Shown here: positions 51,328-64,000 of the stretch, one piece after another
Numbering within the stretch: the first letter of the stretch is position 1
Layout: every line of letters starts with the position of its first letter
Program-made: the position numbers and the translations under genes
The notes under the pieces: model-generated
What the model saw: only the letters and a program-made list of their open reading frames with translations
Told to the model about the DNA's origin: nothing
Database searches by the model: none
Assembly (NCBI GenBank): GCA_951406725.2
Contig: OX597817.1
Location: forward strand, 64,356,001 to 64,420,000
Direction of reading: 5' to 3'
DNA from: Octopus vulgaris
Taxonomy: Eukaryota
DNA: 64,000 nucleotides

Positions 51328-51484
51328 ATCAGAATAGCTTTGGCAAAAAAACAATGTAGTCAATAATGGATCTATCAACCTGGAAAGATGAACGGCAAAA
51401 TCAAGTTTAGCAGCATTCCAACTTAGAGCAAAAAGGGATGCACAGCATTTTATCTGGTACAGTACTGATTCTGTTAATTCATCT
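51328..51484 (-). CDS. Candidate internal exon of an unidentified host transcript
   Basis: Acceptor TTTTTAATGTCATTATTCAG|, donor GAT|GTAAGA, open frame DELTESVLYQIKCCASLFALSWNAAKLDFAVHLSRLIDPLLTTLFFCQSYSD in unique sequence. Confidence 0.35.
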
Positions 51485-51699
51485 CTGAATAATGACATTA
51501 AAAATAACACAAGAACAGCAATAACAACAATAAGGAAATTAGTTTGCGGACACAAAAATAGTTGGGCTGGTATCCAAGTGTGCATTAAACCCATCCAGTC
51601 CAATGAAGTTTTGCATGCCTTGGTTGTGATTTAGCTAGTGCTGGTGTCCTGTCTCACTGAGCAGGTGAAAATTATGATAAAAATACTTGGAAAAGAATA

Positions 51700-52340
51700 A
51701 CCCTATACCAACCAACTCATTCTGCTAATAATGGAAAGAAATAATGAAACAAGAAACTGCCAAATCTATGGGATAGTGGAAGGGAACCCTGGGATGGAGG
51801 GGTACAACTAGAGAACCCAGGTATGGCAGGTTTGGAGTGAGAGTAGAAAACCTGGTTCCCTACTGGTTTTCATCTTGTGACTGATCCTAACAACACAAAA
51901 ACAACTCTAGATTACAGGACAAAAATCATTGAAGTAGGAAGGAGCAAGTCAGAAATGCTGATCAAAAGCCAATAACAGAGTTGCTCTTGAATGCTTCTAT
52001 GAAACTGAAATGTTTTGTAAATATGGCATCAAGACAGCAAAAAGAAAAAGGCCCATCAAATTTGGATTGAAAAGATAATGTTTGAGATCAGTGCAGCCCA
52101 ACTTATGCACAAAATCTGTGTTATATGGAAAAAGAACTTGTTTACCATCATAAAAACTGAAGAAATAAAGGGTAATGTTGAGAGAAGACTGCTAGATTTA
52201 TATGATTTTGATGAGTTTTTGGAAGAAATTATTGCTAGTGAAATTGAGAGCACAGAGGAGAATGCAGTAAGTGGGAGAGGTGAAGGTAGTGGAAACCAGA
52301 ATAGTGATATTAGTGCAATGGAGAATGCATGTAGAAACCT
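51700..52340 (+). mobile_element. R4/Dong-like element, N-terminal relic
   Basis: NRVALECFY and FEISAAQLMHKICVIWKKNLFT..EEIK resemble the R4/Dong N-terminal motif; heavily decayed. Confidence 0.55.
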
Positions 52341-52374
52341 AACACCTAGGTACCATTACCATTTGAGCTTGAGG

Positions 52375-52619
52375 AATTGTTTCTTAACCAAGGTCCATAT
52401 GACACTGGGGGTCTACATGAGATTTTGTTGTTAAAATTTATAAGCAATAAATTACTTATACTTCTACAATACACATTTTTTTTTAATGTAATTCCAAATA
52501 ATATTTAATAATGAAAATACAGTAGGATTTTTTATATACGTCAAATGGCTATGGGGGTCCAGTAGAGTGAAGTAGGAATCAAAGCGGTCTATAGGCAAAA
52601 ACATGGTTGGGAAACACTG
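52375..52619. mobile_element. hAT/Charlie-type MITE
   Basis: Ends AATTGTTTCTTAACC / GGTTGGGAAACACTG followed by ATGTAGAG; shares AATGGCTATGGGGGTC..TAGGAATCAAAG with the 22099 copy. Confidence 0.7.
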
Positions 52620-53376
52620 ATGTAGAGGATAATGATCTGGAAATACTCTTAACATACTAACTGAATAGCTAATGTATGGTCATCAATGTAAGTGGAGGTT
52701 TAATTTTTTGTATAAATATCTTGTTTTAATTATTGTGTGTTTTATCATAATGTTTTCTATATTTGTTTCCATGTAATTTGTTGTGCTTTATAATTTTTTT
52801 AACTTGTTCTTTCACAAGATATGAACAGTGCCTAATAAGACAGATTTTTGCATAGTGCCAATATCATAGTTTACTTTGAATAGGTCACTATATATGCACA
52901 CATACAACAGACACACACAAGCACATGCAAAAAATATGCACTCTTACATGCATTTATATATGTGTGTGATGTGTATGTATGGTGTGTGTGTGTGTGTGTG
53001 TGTTTGGATACATGCTGTTTATTAATGACTAATGTGCATATACTTATAAGTATTTATTATTTAATGTCAATAAAATATTAATCTATGTATAGTCATATAT
53101 ACAAGCAATTGTTATTGTTGAGTGTTTATGCAGATGTGTGTATTTATATGTATGGATGCTTATGTTGTACATGCTTGTAATTGCTGTTGATTGATCCCAT
53201 TATATTTATTCAGTACACATTAACCTATGACAGCATAGTTATGTTGGTAAGTCTGCTTTGCAACTAGTTGGCTTGGGGTTTAATTCCATTGTGTGGCAAC
53301 TCAAACAGGCATTTTCCATTACTGTCTCTTGGGTGACCAAAATTTGGCAGGTGAAAATCCATCGAAGGGATCATAC

Positions 53377-53554
53377 CGGTTCTTGGATAGTAAATATCTG
53401 CAACCTGGTTAAACTTAGAGCTTAGGTAACTTTAGAAGAGTCCATTCTGTTGTAAACATTCAGGTGAAGTCTCAAATTTGAAGATAACTGTTCCATTTCT
53501 TCTAGCCAGTCTCAAAGTCCCTGGAAAGGGTTCAAGGGTACTGCTGTTCCTTCT
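53377..53554 (-). other. Candidate non-coding or decayed exon
   Basis: TTTCCCCCTTTATTTGGCTTAATCAG| and CCG|GTATGA splice-like sites, but all three frames contain stops. Confidence 0.25.
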
Positions 53555-53654
53555 CTGATTAAGCCAAATAAAGGGGGAAAGACACAGATACTATGTTTAT
53601 ACAAAGTAATTAATATCAAAAAATATGTTATGGAAAAAATATGTGAAGTAATAT

Positions 53655-54100
53655 TCTTTCTAACATAGGCACAAGGCTGGAAATTTGGGGGAGGGGGCTA
53701 GTCAATTTCATCAACCCCAGTACTCAACTGGTTCTTATTTTAATAACCCTGGAAGGATGAACGGCAAAGTTGACTTTGAAAGCATTTGAACTCAGAATGT
53801 AAAGGCAAACAAAATGTCACTAAGAATTTTGCCCTGCATGCTAACAGTTCTGCCAGCTCGCTGTCTTAATATGTGAAGTAATATTGATTTCAAATTTTGG
53901 CACAAGGCCAGCAATTTCAAGGGAGAGGGTAAATTGATTACATCAACCCCAGTGTTTTACTAGTACTTATTTTATTGATTCTGAAAGGAGAAAAAGCAAA
54001 GTCACCCTTGGCAGCATTTGAACTCAGAAAGGAAAGATTGGCAAAATGCCACTAAGCATTTTGCACAGTATGCTAACAGTCCTGTCAGCTCGCCACCTTG
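53655..54100 (-). mobile_element. Two tandem family B SINEs sharing one triplicated TSD
   Basis: ATATGTGAAGTAATAT at 53639, 53869 and 54101. Confidence 0.85.
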
Positions 54101-54718
54101 ATATGTGAAGTAATATCACTATGTATTTAGTGTTGCTGTAAAATTAGGCTCCATGAAGGTATTTTCAGTATCCTAGGATGGAAACTGAACTGAATTTCAT
54201 TATTATTTAATGATTCATTAAGATTCACCTACCTCTCCTTCCCAACATACTGAGCAATAGTAGTGGAAGGCTTTTTATTAAAATCTAAACAAGTATATGC
54301 CTACACAAATTCATTTACAAAATGATGTGTCGAGGTTGATAGCTGGGCAATAATTGCTATGATATTATTACTCTAATAATTAGGGTGACAGATTGGCATG
54401 TGTGTTAATACATTGGATAAAATATCTTCTGGTACTTGTTTTGCTCCTTTAAGTTTCAAGTTCAGATCTTACTGAGCTCAACCCTGCCTTTCTTTCACCA
54501 AGGGTGAATGAAATAAAGTATCAGTCAAGTAGTGGGGTTGATTTAATCAATTGCCAATCTGTGCAACTGGCAATATACAATTGGACAGTCTGGCACAATT
54601 GAGTCCCAACCCAACAATGGGATTCCAGTGGCACAGGTTGGGGTCACTCTGCTATCACATCACTTTTATCAACTTGTAACAATGTTGTTAACAACACAGC
54701 TTCCAGACATACATCCAA

Positions 54719-54830
<112 letters not shown>

Positions 54831-56560
54831 GGACACTTTAAAAAGGGATACTGTAATAAGAAAAGAAGTTTGTTAATCTAATAGTTTACTGATACACAAG
54901 GCTGGGTTAAGACTCACAAAGTTCCCAAGTGCTTAAAAGACTTTGGTGTCTCCATATATATGTAATTCAAAATATAAACAATAATAAACCCTAAAATTGA
55001 TTTTTATTTTTCAAAATGAAACAAAATTAACAATAAGCTGGAAAATAATGCTTATTTTTGTATACTTCCACTTTATTTATATTTGAAGTTTTCTCCTACT
55101 TTTTTTAATTGCAAAGTCTTTGATCAGATCTTCAAAACTGATCTTACATAACACATCTGTTTCTATACTTTGTAGAGATAGGACATCCTGAATATTATTT
55201 TAGCAAGTTTAAAGTGATTTCTTTTGTATTGTAAACCATTTACCATTGCTGTGCCCCACTCCCACTTCCCTTGATGCCCTAAGCACATGCTTATTTTGCT
55301 TAATGATTAATCCAGCACTGCTGATACATATATTTCCTTACATACATGACAGAAAATATCACTGTTCTGAGATGGAACCCCCACTAGATCAGTTTTATAG
55401 TTTAATTATCATAGGATATATTAAGAATCAATTATGCAAAGACTTTCTCTTCATGGCCTGTTTAGCCCCTCTTTGCATAAAAAAAAAGGTCTTAGTACCT
55501 AAGCAAAGGAAGCCATGACTTTTTGCAACCACCTATATTTTGGTATGTTTATACATAACTGGTTATGACAGAAATTCAATAATGTTGTCATGGTTAACCA
55601 ATAAGAGATCCACTACATAATTGCTCAACCTGGTAGAAGCAGTAGCCAAATCTCTCTCTCAAATCACACTTGTAGTTTTTCAACAGAACAGGTAGAACAC
55701 ATTACAAAATGTAGTACTATATGCCCCTAAAGAGATTGAATGGTCATGGCCAAAATGTCTTTGATCATGAGTTTTCTCAATCAAGGTTGACTAGGGAAGC
55801 CAAGGGGTGCTTAAACCACAGCAGCATTTAAAAATGATTGTATTAATAATTGCTTATTTGTTTACCTTGTTACATAACTATCAATCAAAGTCTTTAATTA
55901 ATTTTGTGGGTCTTACCCTGAAAAATGAATTAATGTCAGTTATTTTTCTAGACTGACATTGATTTATTTCAATTTTAAGAGATTTTTTTATCATCATCAT
56001 CATCATCTATTTGTTTTTCATGCTGGCATTGGTTGGGTGGGCTATCACAGTCCAAGTTAGATCTAATTTGAAGTTACTGTCCTCATTGATAGATTGGCAA
56101 TCTAAGTATCACTCATACATCTTATTTTTGACATAATTTTTCTTGTTGGATGCTCTTCCTATCGCCAACCACTTTACAGAGTGCACTGAGTGCATTATTA
56201 TGACTATTATGACACCAGCACTAATGAGGTTGCCATGTACCTCTCAAGACTGAAAAATCTTCACTACACTCAAAGACTTTACCCTTTATGTTGTTATAAT
56301 TATTATTTTATAGCTTTGTTGGTTGAACAAACTTTTGATCAAAAGCATTCAAGTCATAATAATTCATGTCTTCTTTCTGGGTTTGGTGTATCTATGAGCA
56401 ATTTCAAAATGTGGTGTCCAAAGTTTCTACTTTTTTAAGACAAGAGTCTGATATGAGACAGATTTAACAGATCTTTTTATGCAGATCAGACAGCTACATA
56501 GAGGCTGATTCAGTTCTTCATGTCTCAATTTTTTAGGATGTAAACATAACATTTGGTTAC

Positions 56561-56595
<35 letters not shown>

Positions 56596-56596
<1 letters not shown>

Positions 56597-56896
56597 GGTA
56601 CTGAAGCCTATTTGAAAATGATTCCAGGCTAACCATTCCTACAGGAAGTGCAAAAAATCATATTAACTGGAACAGCTCATGTACTGAGAAGAGCATTATC
56701 GTTGTGAAAACAACATCCATCCATGAATTTATTTATTCATTAATTTTTTAATACATATTTTATCTGTGAATTTGCACATGTAATCTGGGAATGCATACAA
56801 TGAGCTTCTCTGCCCTAGGTGTATGGAAAACACTCGGCGAGAAACGGAAGAAAATTTGAAGAAAGAAGGAAAAAACAATAATAATAATAATAATAA
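56596..56896 (+). mobile_element. R4/Dong-like 3' end embedded in (TAA)n
   Basis: IPG..LQEVQKIILTGTAHVLRRALSL* plus 3' UTR (CCTAGGTGT..ACACTCGGC), with (TAA)n on both sides. Confidence 0.75.
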
Positions 56897-57320
56897 TCCT
56901 TTCTACTATAGGCACAAGGCTTGAAATTTTGAGGGAGGGGGAAAGTCAATTACATCGACCCCAGTACTCAATTGGTACTTATTTTATTGACCCTGGAAGG
57001 ATGAAAGGCAAAGTTGACCCCAGTGGAATTTGAAATCTGAATGTAAAGACAGGTGAAAAGTCACTAAACATTTTGCCCAACATGCTAACAACTCTGCCAA
57101 CTCACTGCCTTTTTTTAAAACAAATTAATAAACCTTTCTACAATAGGTACAAGACCTGAAATTTTGGAGAGGAGTTTAGTTAATTACAGCAAACCCAGTA
57201 ATCAACTGGTACTTATTTTATCAACCCCCAAAGGATGAAAGAACCTTGAAGACATTTTAACTTAGGACATAAAGCCAAAAGAAATGCCACTAAGCATTTT
57301 GTCTGATATAACAATTCAGC
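56897..57320 (-). mobile_element. Two tandem family B SINEs
   Basis: Two copies of GGTACTTATTTTAT..AAGGATGAAAG. Confidence 0.8.
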
Positions 57321-58569
57321 AGTAATATTTGCTGCATATTATCAAAACAGACTTGAAACAGAAAAAAATTTTTTTTTCTTTTTTTTAAGTCTACATGTTT
57401 AGGACAATGGTAGCATAGTATTTTATTATTTGTTGCATTAACTTGTGTTGTACAGATGTTTGGTTGACTCTTATTGTTAGATTGTAATCATGGTAACTTC
57501 TAGAGCTGAATAAACTTCTAATGTTGACTAAATAAACTGCATGTGTCAATCGACCAAATAAACTGCTGATGTTGACCAAACCAAACAAACAGCCAGTATT
57601 TACCAGATAGACTGCTGGTATTCAACAAATTATGCTACCCTGTTTTTATGTACAAAACATCTCAGGTGAAACTTAAACCAAATAAAACATGTAATATTTG
57701 TATAGCCATGGATCAGTTCTGATTAAGCAGACTTATGGTATGGGTTGTTTGTTGATTGACAAGGTATGATCCTCAAATCCATTGCTCTAGATATACCATG
57801 CTTTCACCTAAATGAGGAACATGCTTTACCAGATGAATTTACAGTAATTTATCTTATAGAATGTACTGTAGTAGTCTGGACAAGTTGCCTTTTCTACAGT
57901 AACAAGCTAGTTCCTGGAAGCACTATGTTAAAGCCAAACTTAACAGCTCAGTCTAATCAAATTAACAGCTGAATCTCCAACAATTCTTTGTTTCCTTATG
58001 AAAGCTCAAAGGTAATATTGTTTAGTGGAGAGGAATGTTTCATGCTGTTTATTATATGGTCTGTTGGCTTTTGTGTTGTCAATTTTACCAACACATGGCT
58101 ACTAATGCCCTTTTCTCAGTGGTATTTTACTGGGCAGTTATACACACACACATAAATACTCTTTGGTGGTCTTTGCTTGGATAATTGATGAAGCCTTATC
58201 AGGAACAGCTTATCTTTTTAATGAAAATTTATGACTGATTCTGAAAATGTAGCATTGTGCTAAATAACCATTCTGGTAACTATAGTCTTGTCAGATGCTG
58301 TACAATCAAGAAACAGTGGGATTCCCTGATTAACAATAAGTGATAGCTCTTCTGTAAGGGTATTACAAAAGTTTGTAAACTAGGTGTACTTACATTTTGA
58401 TCTTCATTTTCTCTCATTTAATTTCAATGTAAACCCCCACCACATTTGTTCATGTAATATTCCCTCATCTGTTATCCTCATGGTAAATAGAAGGCATTAT
58501 CAGCATTTTCCTTCCCCTCCTCTTCTTCTTCTTCTTCTTCTTCTTCTTCTTCTTCTTCTTCTTCTTCTC

Positions 58570-58576
58570 ATTATTA

Positions 58577-58614
<38 letters not shown>

Positions 58615-59721
58615 GTTATTATTATTATTTTCATTATCATCTTCTTTCAATTCTGTTTCTTTTTCTTGCCGAGTGTCTTCATGACACCTAGAGCAGAGGA
58701 ACACACTGTATATATTTGTAGGCCATTAAAATAAACACCCTAGATTGTTCATTTACGAAGTCATGTGATAGAGAAAATGGGAAAGAAAGACAGAGAGAAA
58801 AAGAAAAAATTTTTAAATATCAAAGTAAACAAAGAAAATAAAGGGAAAAAAAAAAAAGAAAATTCACAGCAACAATGCTCTTCTCAATACATGTGACATA
58901 GCAATTAAGACAATCCTTTTCACTTCCTCTTATGAGCCTTCATGAGTGTCATCCTTTGGTCTTCCATTGTAATGTCTTCCTATGTTTGTTCTGGTAAATT
59001 TTGGTAGGATCCTTCTGTGCGTCTAATCCAGCCTGTAGCTTCATTGTAAGTCTTTTCATCACTCTAGATATTTTTCCAAAAGTTTTCATCTTCTTCCATG
59101 GAAGTGGGATCTTCAACAGTTATTTTCACCTCCTCTATTTTTCTCTGTAGAATGTTTTCATATTGGATGTGGGAAGCTTATTTTGTTAATAAAATTTGTT
59201 TCTCTTCACAAATCTTCGTATTCCTTGAGCTTTTGCTTGGACTTTTGCTTAAAGCACTTCTTCTCTTGGTGAGAAACTATGTTTTCTCTTTATCTTTCTT
59301 CCTTTTCTGGTTTTTACATCATTTTCACAGATTAATTCCTTTAATATTAATATTTCACCTGTCATTATTTTAATCTCTTTTTCAATTTTACTTTTCCAGT
59401 TTGGAATTCTTCTCAGATTTGTATTTCTTTGTTTTTTCAGAGGCATTACAACTGATTTCAATTGTCTTAGCAACTGCATAAATAAATTTGCTTAATTCAG
59501 TGAGATCTGGTTTTAGAGCTTGTATAATTTCTTTTGTTACATAGCTTCCAATTTTAATTTGTTTTCTATTTTTGATTGTATATGAGAGTTTATGAAGTGT
59601 TTCTCTATCATACATATTGGCATGTTTTACAGCTGCAAGCTTAGTCAGGACTTTCTTCTTTCTTTCTGTCATAGACTCTCTATTTTCTTCAGTAAATGTG
59701 TGGTCTTATTATTATTATTAC

Positions 59722-59765
<44 letters not shown>

Positions 59766-60418
59766 CTGCCGGAAGTATTGTTTCCAGTTGTGTTTGTGTG
59801 TCCATAGACAAGATATCTTAAGAACCGCTAGATGGATTCGGATGAAACTTTCAGAGATGTTCAACCTCATGACTGGTATGAACTGATTAGATTTTGGGAT
59901 TGATCTGGTACTGGATAAGGACTCTGGATTATTTTTCTTGCGTTTTTTTACTTAATTTTTGAGAGCGGTCAGGTCCATTTTTAGTATTCTCATTTGTAAG
60001 AGCAGTCGAGTTTATTTGAGATATTCTCATTTTAAAAATCCTCTCTGGTTAATCGTTGAGAGGATGTCGGTGTTGCCTTGGTGGAGGTTTGCACTCTCTG
60101 AGTGCCCTTGTTATTATTTACTTTTTATCTGCATGTTTGTTACAGTTACTCACTAAGACACACCCAGCATCCTGGGGCAAGTGAAGGATAAGAGATGTTA
60201 CTGTATGAGTAGCCCATACCACTCAAAAGGTCCCTGAATGAGGGTTGCTCAAGTATGTTGAACGAAACATCCATATTTCCAAAGGTGAATTATCCAAACC
60301 CCAAAGAATTCCTCTCAATACATGGCTATGATGCTCCCCCACTACTTTGCTTGTGATCAGAGATGAACATATCATCAACCACTAAGGGACATACTCAACT
60401 GGTTAAGGTCAAATAACT

Positions 60419-60420
<2 letters not shown>
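58570..60420 (-). mobile_element. Internally deleted R4/Dong-like element (putative 5' UTR, N-terminal ORF, C-terminus and 3' UTR; RT and RLE missing), interrupted by a HINE
   Basis: PNWKSKIEKEIKIM..KTRKGRKIKRK..; EDITMED..KAHK joins directly to EEVKRIVL..HVLRRALLL* near 58930; 3' UTR matches 56700-56880; (TAA)n at both ends. Confidence 0.72.
59760..60112 (+). mobile_element. Helentron-associated non-autonomous element (HINE/DINE-1-like)
   Basis: 5' TTACCACTGCC and 3' CCTTGGTGGAGGTTT subterminal inverted repeats, terminal hairpin GCACTC-TCT-GAGTGC, internal GATGGATTCGGATGAAACTTT; inserted at TT. Confidence 0.8.
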
Positions 60421-60456
<36 letters not shown>

Positions 60457-60559
60457 TCATTATTCTTTGGGAGTAGGTAAGTAATTCCTCTTGCTAACCA
60501 GTCAGGTTAGCAAGATGTATTACTTAGCAAGAGGTATTAATAAATAAAGAATTATTATT

Positions 60560-61690
60560 ATTTCTTCATCAGACAATGTTAATATAAAATACAAGGTTTT
60601 GTTCTTCCCTTCAAACTAAAAGCTTTCGACAGAAAGTACTCTACTCTGTCTTGATATTCAACTGTTCCAAGTGGTAGATAATTTTTTTTTTTAAGTGTGA
60701 ACATAATCCTTTGATGATAACTAATTTAACTTACACTTTTGCCACAGGGCATCCCCATACTCTTAATATTTCTACTTTTTGTTCAGTATATTTTGAAATA
60801 TTTTGTATTTCCTTATTAGCAATGTTTTTGTCAGAAGGAGTTACACAATCCATTATGATACACTTCCTCTTTTCCATATCATGAATAATAATATCCGGCT
60901 TATGGTGTCCAATCATTCTATCTGGCTGTCAAAACTCTCATAAAAACCTTTGGTTTACCAGGTTCATTTAAAGCCTTTTTTTAATACACTCATCTGAAGT
61001 GTAGGAACCTATTTTTTTTACCAAGTGATCAACATAAATTCACACAAATCTTATCATACTACTACTTGTATTCTTTCTAAGTTAACAGTTTACAACCTGC
61101 TTCAATATCATTATTTTCTGCTCACTGTTGTAGAGCTGGTGCAATAAATATCCTTATTCACTGAATTAATATTTACTGCTTGACCTTGGGCAGCTACCAA
61201 CAAATTCTCAGATTTTCTCTTTAAATCTGCATTAGGAACCACTCCCAGGATGAATCATAATTGCTAGCATTCTCACTATCTCTGTGGATATATCCATATA
61301 GTTGCATATCTATAACAACTGCCTTTCTTCCACAAATTATCATTGCTGTATGTTTAAGTAGTTCTTCATGTTTTACAAAATAGTAGATTGCTGACTTTTC
61401 CCCTTCATCCATACAATACAAATTGCAAACTTATTTCCCCTAACTTCTATTTCATGCATTATTGCATTTCATCAGCTACAGACACTGAATCCATCATTCA
61501 TAGCTCTCTGAGATGGGTTATTCCTAAATATACAAAATACGTTTTACACATATTGTCTAAGAGAAGATTCGTCTCCCATGGCTATTTTCACAGCAAAATG
61601 TTTTCCTGCATCCAAGTGTACACAAACATGTTAAATATGATTGTACACACTTATATTTCATTCACCACTGTTTCATGTTGCTCTACATAA
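60560..61690 (-). mobile_element. Older R4/Dong-like relic (RT end + RLE)
   Basis: HHKPDIIIHDMEKRKCIIMDCVTPSDKNIANKE..ISKY..RVWG; upstream SSWEW..ENLLVAAQ.Q-like motif. Confidence 0.75.
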
Positions 61691-61974
61691 TTAATTCCAT
61701 GTATGCATGTATGTATATATATACATACACACACATGCACACACATGCACACTAACATGTATAGAGACAAATATGTATTTATACATGTATATACACATAC
61801 AAAATAGAAAATGAGAGAGAGGGAGAAAGCAAACAATTAACAAGACATAATGACATCAATCAACATATATGAAAGCTCATTAAAAAATGTCCACATGCAT
61901 TTTAACATACATAAATGGACACAAGCTTACCCAACCAAACATGCACACACAAACACATGTGTGCATGCACATAT

Positions 61975-62045
<71 letters not shown>

Positions 62046-62447
62046 ATCACACACACACATTATGCATATGCATATATAAAATACATTGATATTTACTGCA
62101 GGAACATAAAATAGTATCAATCAACAAAACAGATACATACACAGCCAGTATTTACCAAGGCAGCTTATCGAGTATTATAACAGAACTAATAACCACCACT
62201 GACCAGCTTGTACTCAGTTGAGGCTTCCTTCCTATGGATAGAAAGTGCCATTGTTATTATCTTGATTGAGTGTAGTTTGTTAGATAGACATTTCCTGCTT
62301 ACACACTCTTTTCTATACACATTCAGTTAATTCCTTAGTCTTTAGTCTTCACCTCAATTAATTCTTTAGTTTTCACCAATCCCCTTCACTTTAACTCTGT
62401 CATTGAAATCCACTTGCCTCCTACATGTTTTGGACACTCCTATCCTT

Positions 62448-62682
62448 GAGGTAATATTTATGCCCACTTAAAAGTTGATGTTCTGATAGAATAAACTACT
62501 CCGTGACAGATACCATGAGAGAAACTCTCGTATTGGCTTTTAGATGCAAAATGCACTTAGTGATATAAACAAGAGTGCATTTTGCACCAAAAGCCAATGT
62601 GTCAGTTTCTCTCATGGTATCTACTGCAGTATAGTTTGTTCTAACAGAACATCTATGTTGAAGTGGGGATAAATATTACTCC
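62448..62682. repeat. Fold-back hairpin (arms ~110 bp, ~14-nt loop), no recognisable HHR
   Basis: GTAATATTTAT.CCCACTT..AGATACCATGAGAGAAACT..TGCAAAATGCACT and its reverse complement. Confidence 0.88.
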
Positions 62683-63308
62683 TTGGTATTTATACTGCCT
62701 CTGTCGCTAATATATATAGTTTATAAAAATTCTATACTTGTTTATCCAGTATCAGCCCTTCTCTAACCCTGTATCTAGGAAATAATTCTTTTCTTATCAG
62801 AACCTTTACACAGTCACTCAACCTGCCAGAAATAGCAACCTGATCTCCCTCAAATACTACTTGAATGTTCTAAAAAGGATATATTAGATAATGTAATTAT
62901 AGATAGATCATGCCAGAGAACATAAAAACAGGATGGTTATTTCTGTATGAGAGGTTAACAACAACCATGCATTCTCTGCAGAGCCAAAAAAGTACTTCAA
63001 ATTTCATCAAGTGAAAATCATCTTCATTATCATCACCATCATCACTATCATCCTCCTCATCAATATTATCATCACTTAACGTCCACTTTCCCATGCTTGC
63101 ATGGGTCAAATGGAATTTTCTGGAGGCAGATTTTTTACAGCCAGGTGTTCTTTTTGTCACCTACCCTCACCTATTTCCAAGTGAGGTAATTTTCCTCGTG
63201 ACTAAACACATTTTCATGGAAGACTGGAAACAAAGGACACCTCTTGCTTAACAATGACTCTCAGTTACAACTATTATGCCATGTCGTGGCAAGAGAATAG
63301 TAACACAT

Positions 63309-63355
<47 letters not shown>

Positions 63356-64000
63356 TGCATATACATATATATGTGTGTATGTGTGGGACTGAAACCAAAA
63401 ATCAAATATGGCCCACCGTTGGAGAACTGCTCACAGTTCTATGAGAGTACTGCTGTTGCTACACAATACTCCTATACCAGATCTAAAAATAAAATAAAAT
63501 TTTGAATTGAGTTCAAAGCACTTGATAACCATTCTTTATCTACTCTCAGTAGACAAATACACAATTGCTATTTCTACTTCCTACTTCACATTTGAGTGGT
63601 TACTGGGTAATAAGGAAATACTGTTAAAAAAAAAGTACGAAAAAACCCCATTTGTTTCACTTACATGCTATAATGTACATTTTGCTACCCAAACAACCCA
63701 TTAATAATAGTATAAATAAAATAGATATAAATTTGTGTGTGTGTGTGTGTGAGTGTGCATGTGCACATGTGTGTGTCAAATGAAAGTTTTGCCCTTGGGC
63801 TTTTCAGGACTGTAGGATTTACAGTTTCATAAGTTTAAGCGGATGTTAGATGTTCCTGAGTGGGTGGGCATTCATTATCTTTGAACACTAATTTCAAGTT
63901 GTAGGGATTGTATAAGAATTTATTAAGGTGTGTGTATGTCTGTGTTGAGACCCTCCTATTTTCTTCTGAAAATACTAAACTTGATTTTTTTTTTTTAGAG

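Noticed and set aside
61441-61480. Minus-strand CTGATGA-AATGCA..TGCAT-GAAA
   Set aside because: Lies in decayed LINE coding sequence; stems I and III are absent.

Overview
Eukaryotic, AT-rich, microsatellite-saturated intronic/intergenic DNA. The SINE families look like those of a coleoid cephalopod, probably Octopus (inference from remembered repeat sequences, not a database search). No host gene can be named; there are only a few candidate minus-strand exons. Most ORF-track entries are translations of (CA)n/(TA)n/(ACAT)n repeats. Real content: (1) one young, 5'-truncated CR1-type LINE with an uninterrupted APE+RT ORF (23746-26950, minus), whose 3' tail is shared, with a compensatory stem change, by the commonest SINE here; (2) decayed RTE/BovB-like and R4/Dong-like LINE relics, the latter mostly at (TAA)n; (3) at least four SINE-type repeat families, hAT MITEs and Helitron/Helentron-type non-autonomous elements; (4) the most notable signal: about a dozen type I hammerhead-ribozyme (HHR) motifs from several sequence families, with minimal, mostly palindromic stem III, mostly beside (TA)n. 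They occur as ~350-bp partial tandem units (5003-5460, 36175-36578), as solo copies, or inside long fold-back hairpins in which one arm keeps the ribozyme and the other has lost a catalytic box by a short deletion (38250-38601, 31621-32055). This matches Penelope-like pseudo-LTR / retrozyme architecture. All folding and alignment was done by eye.
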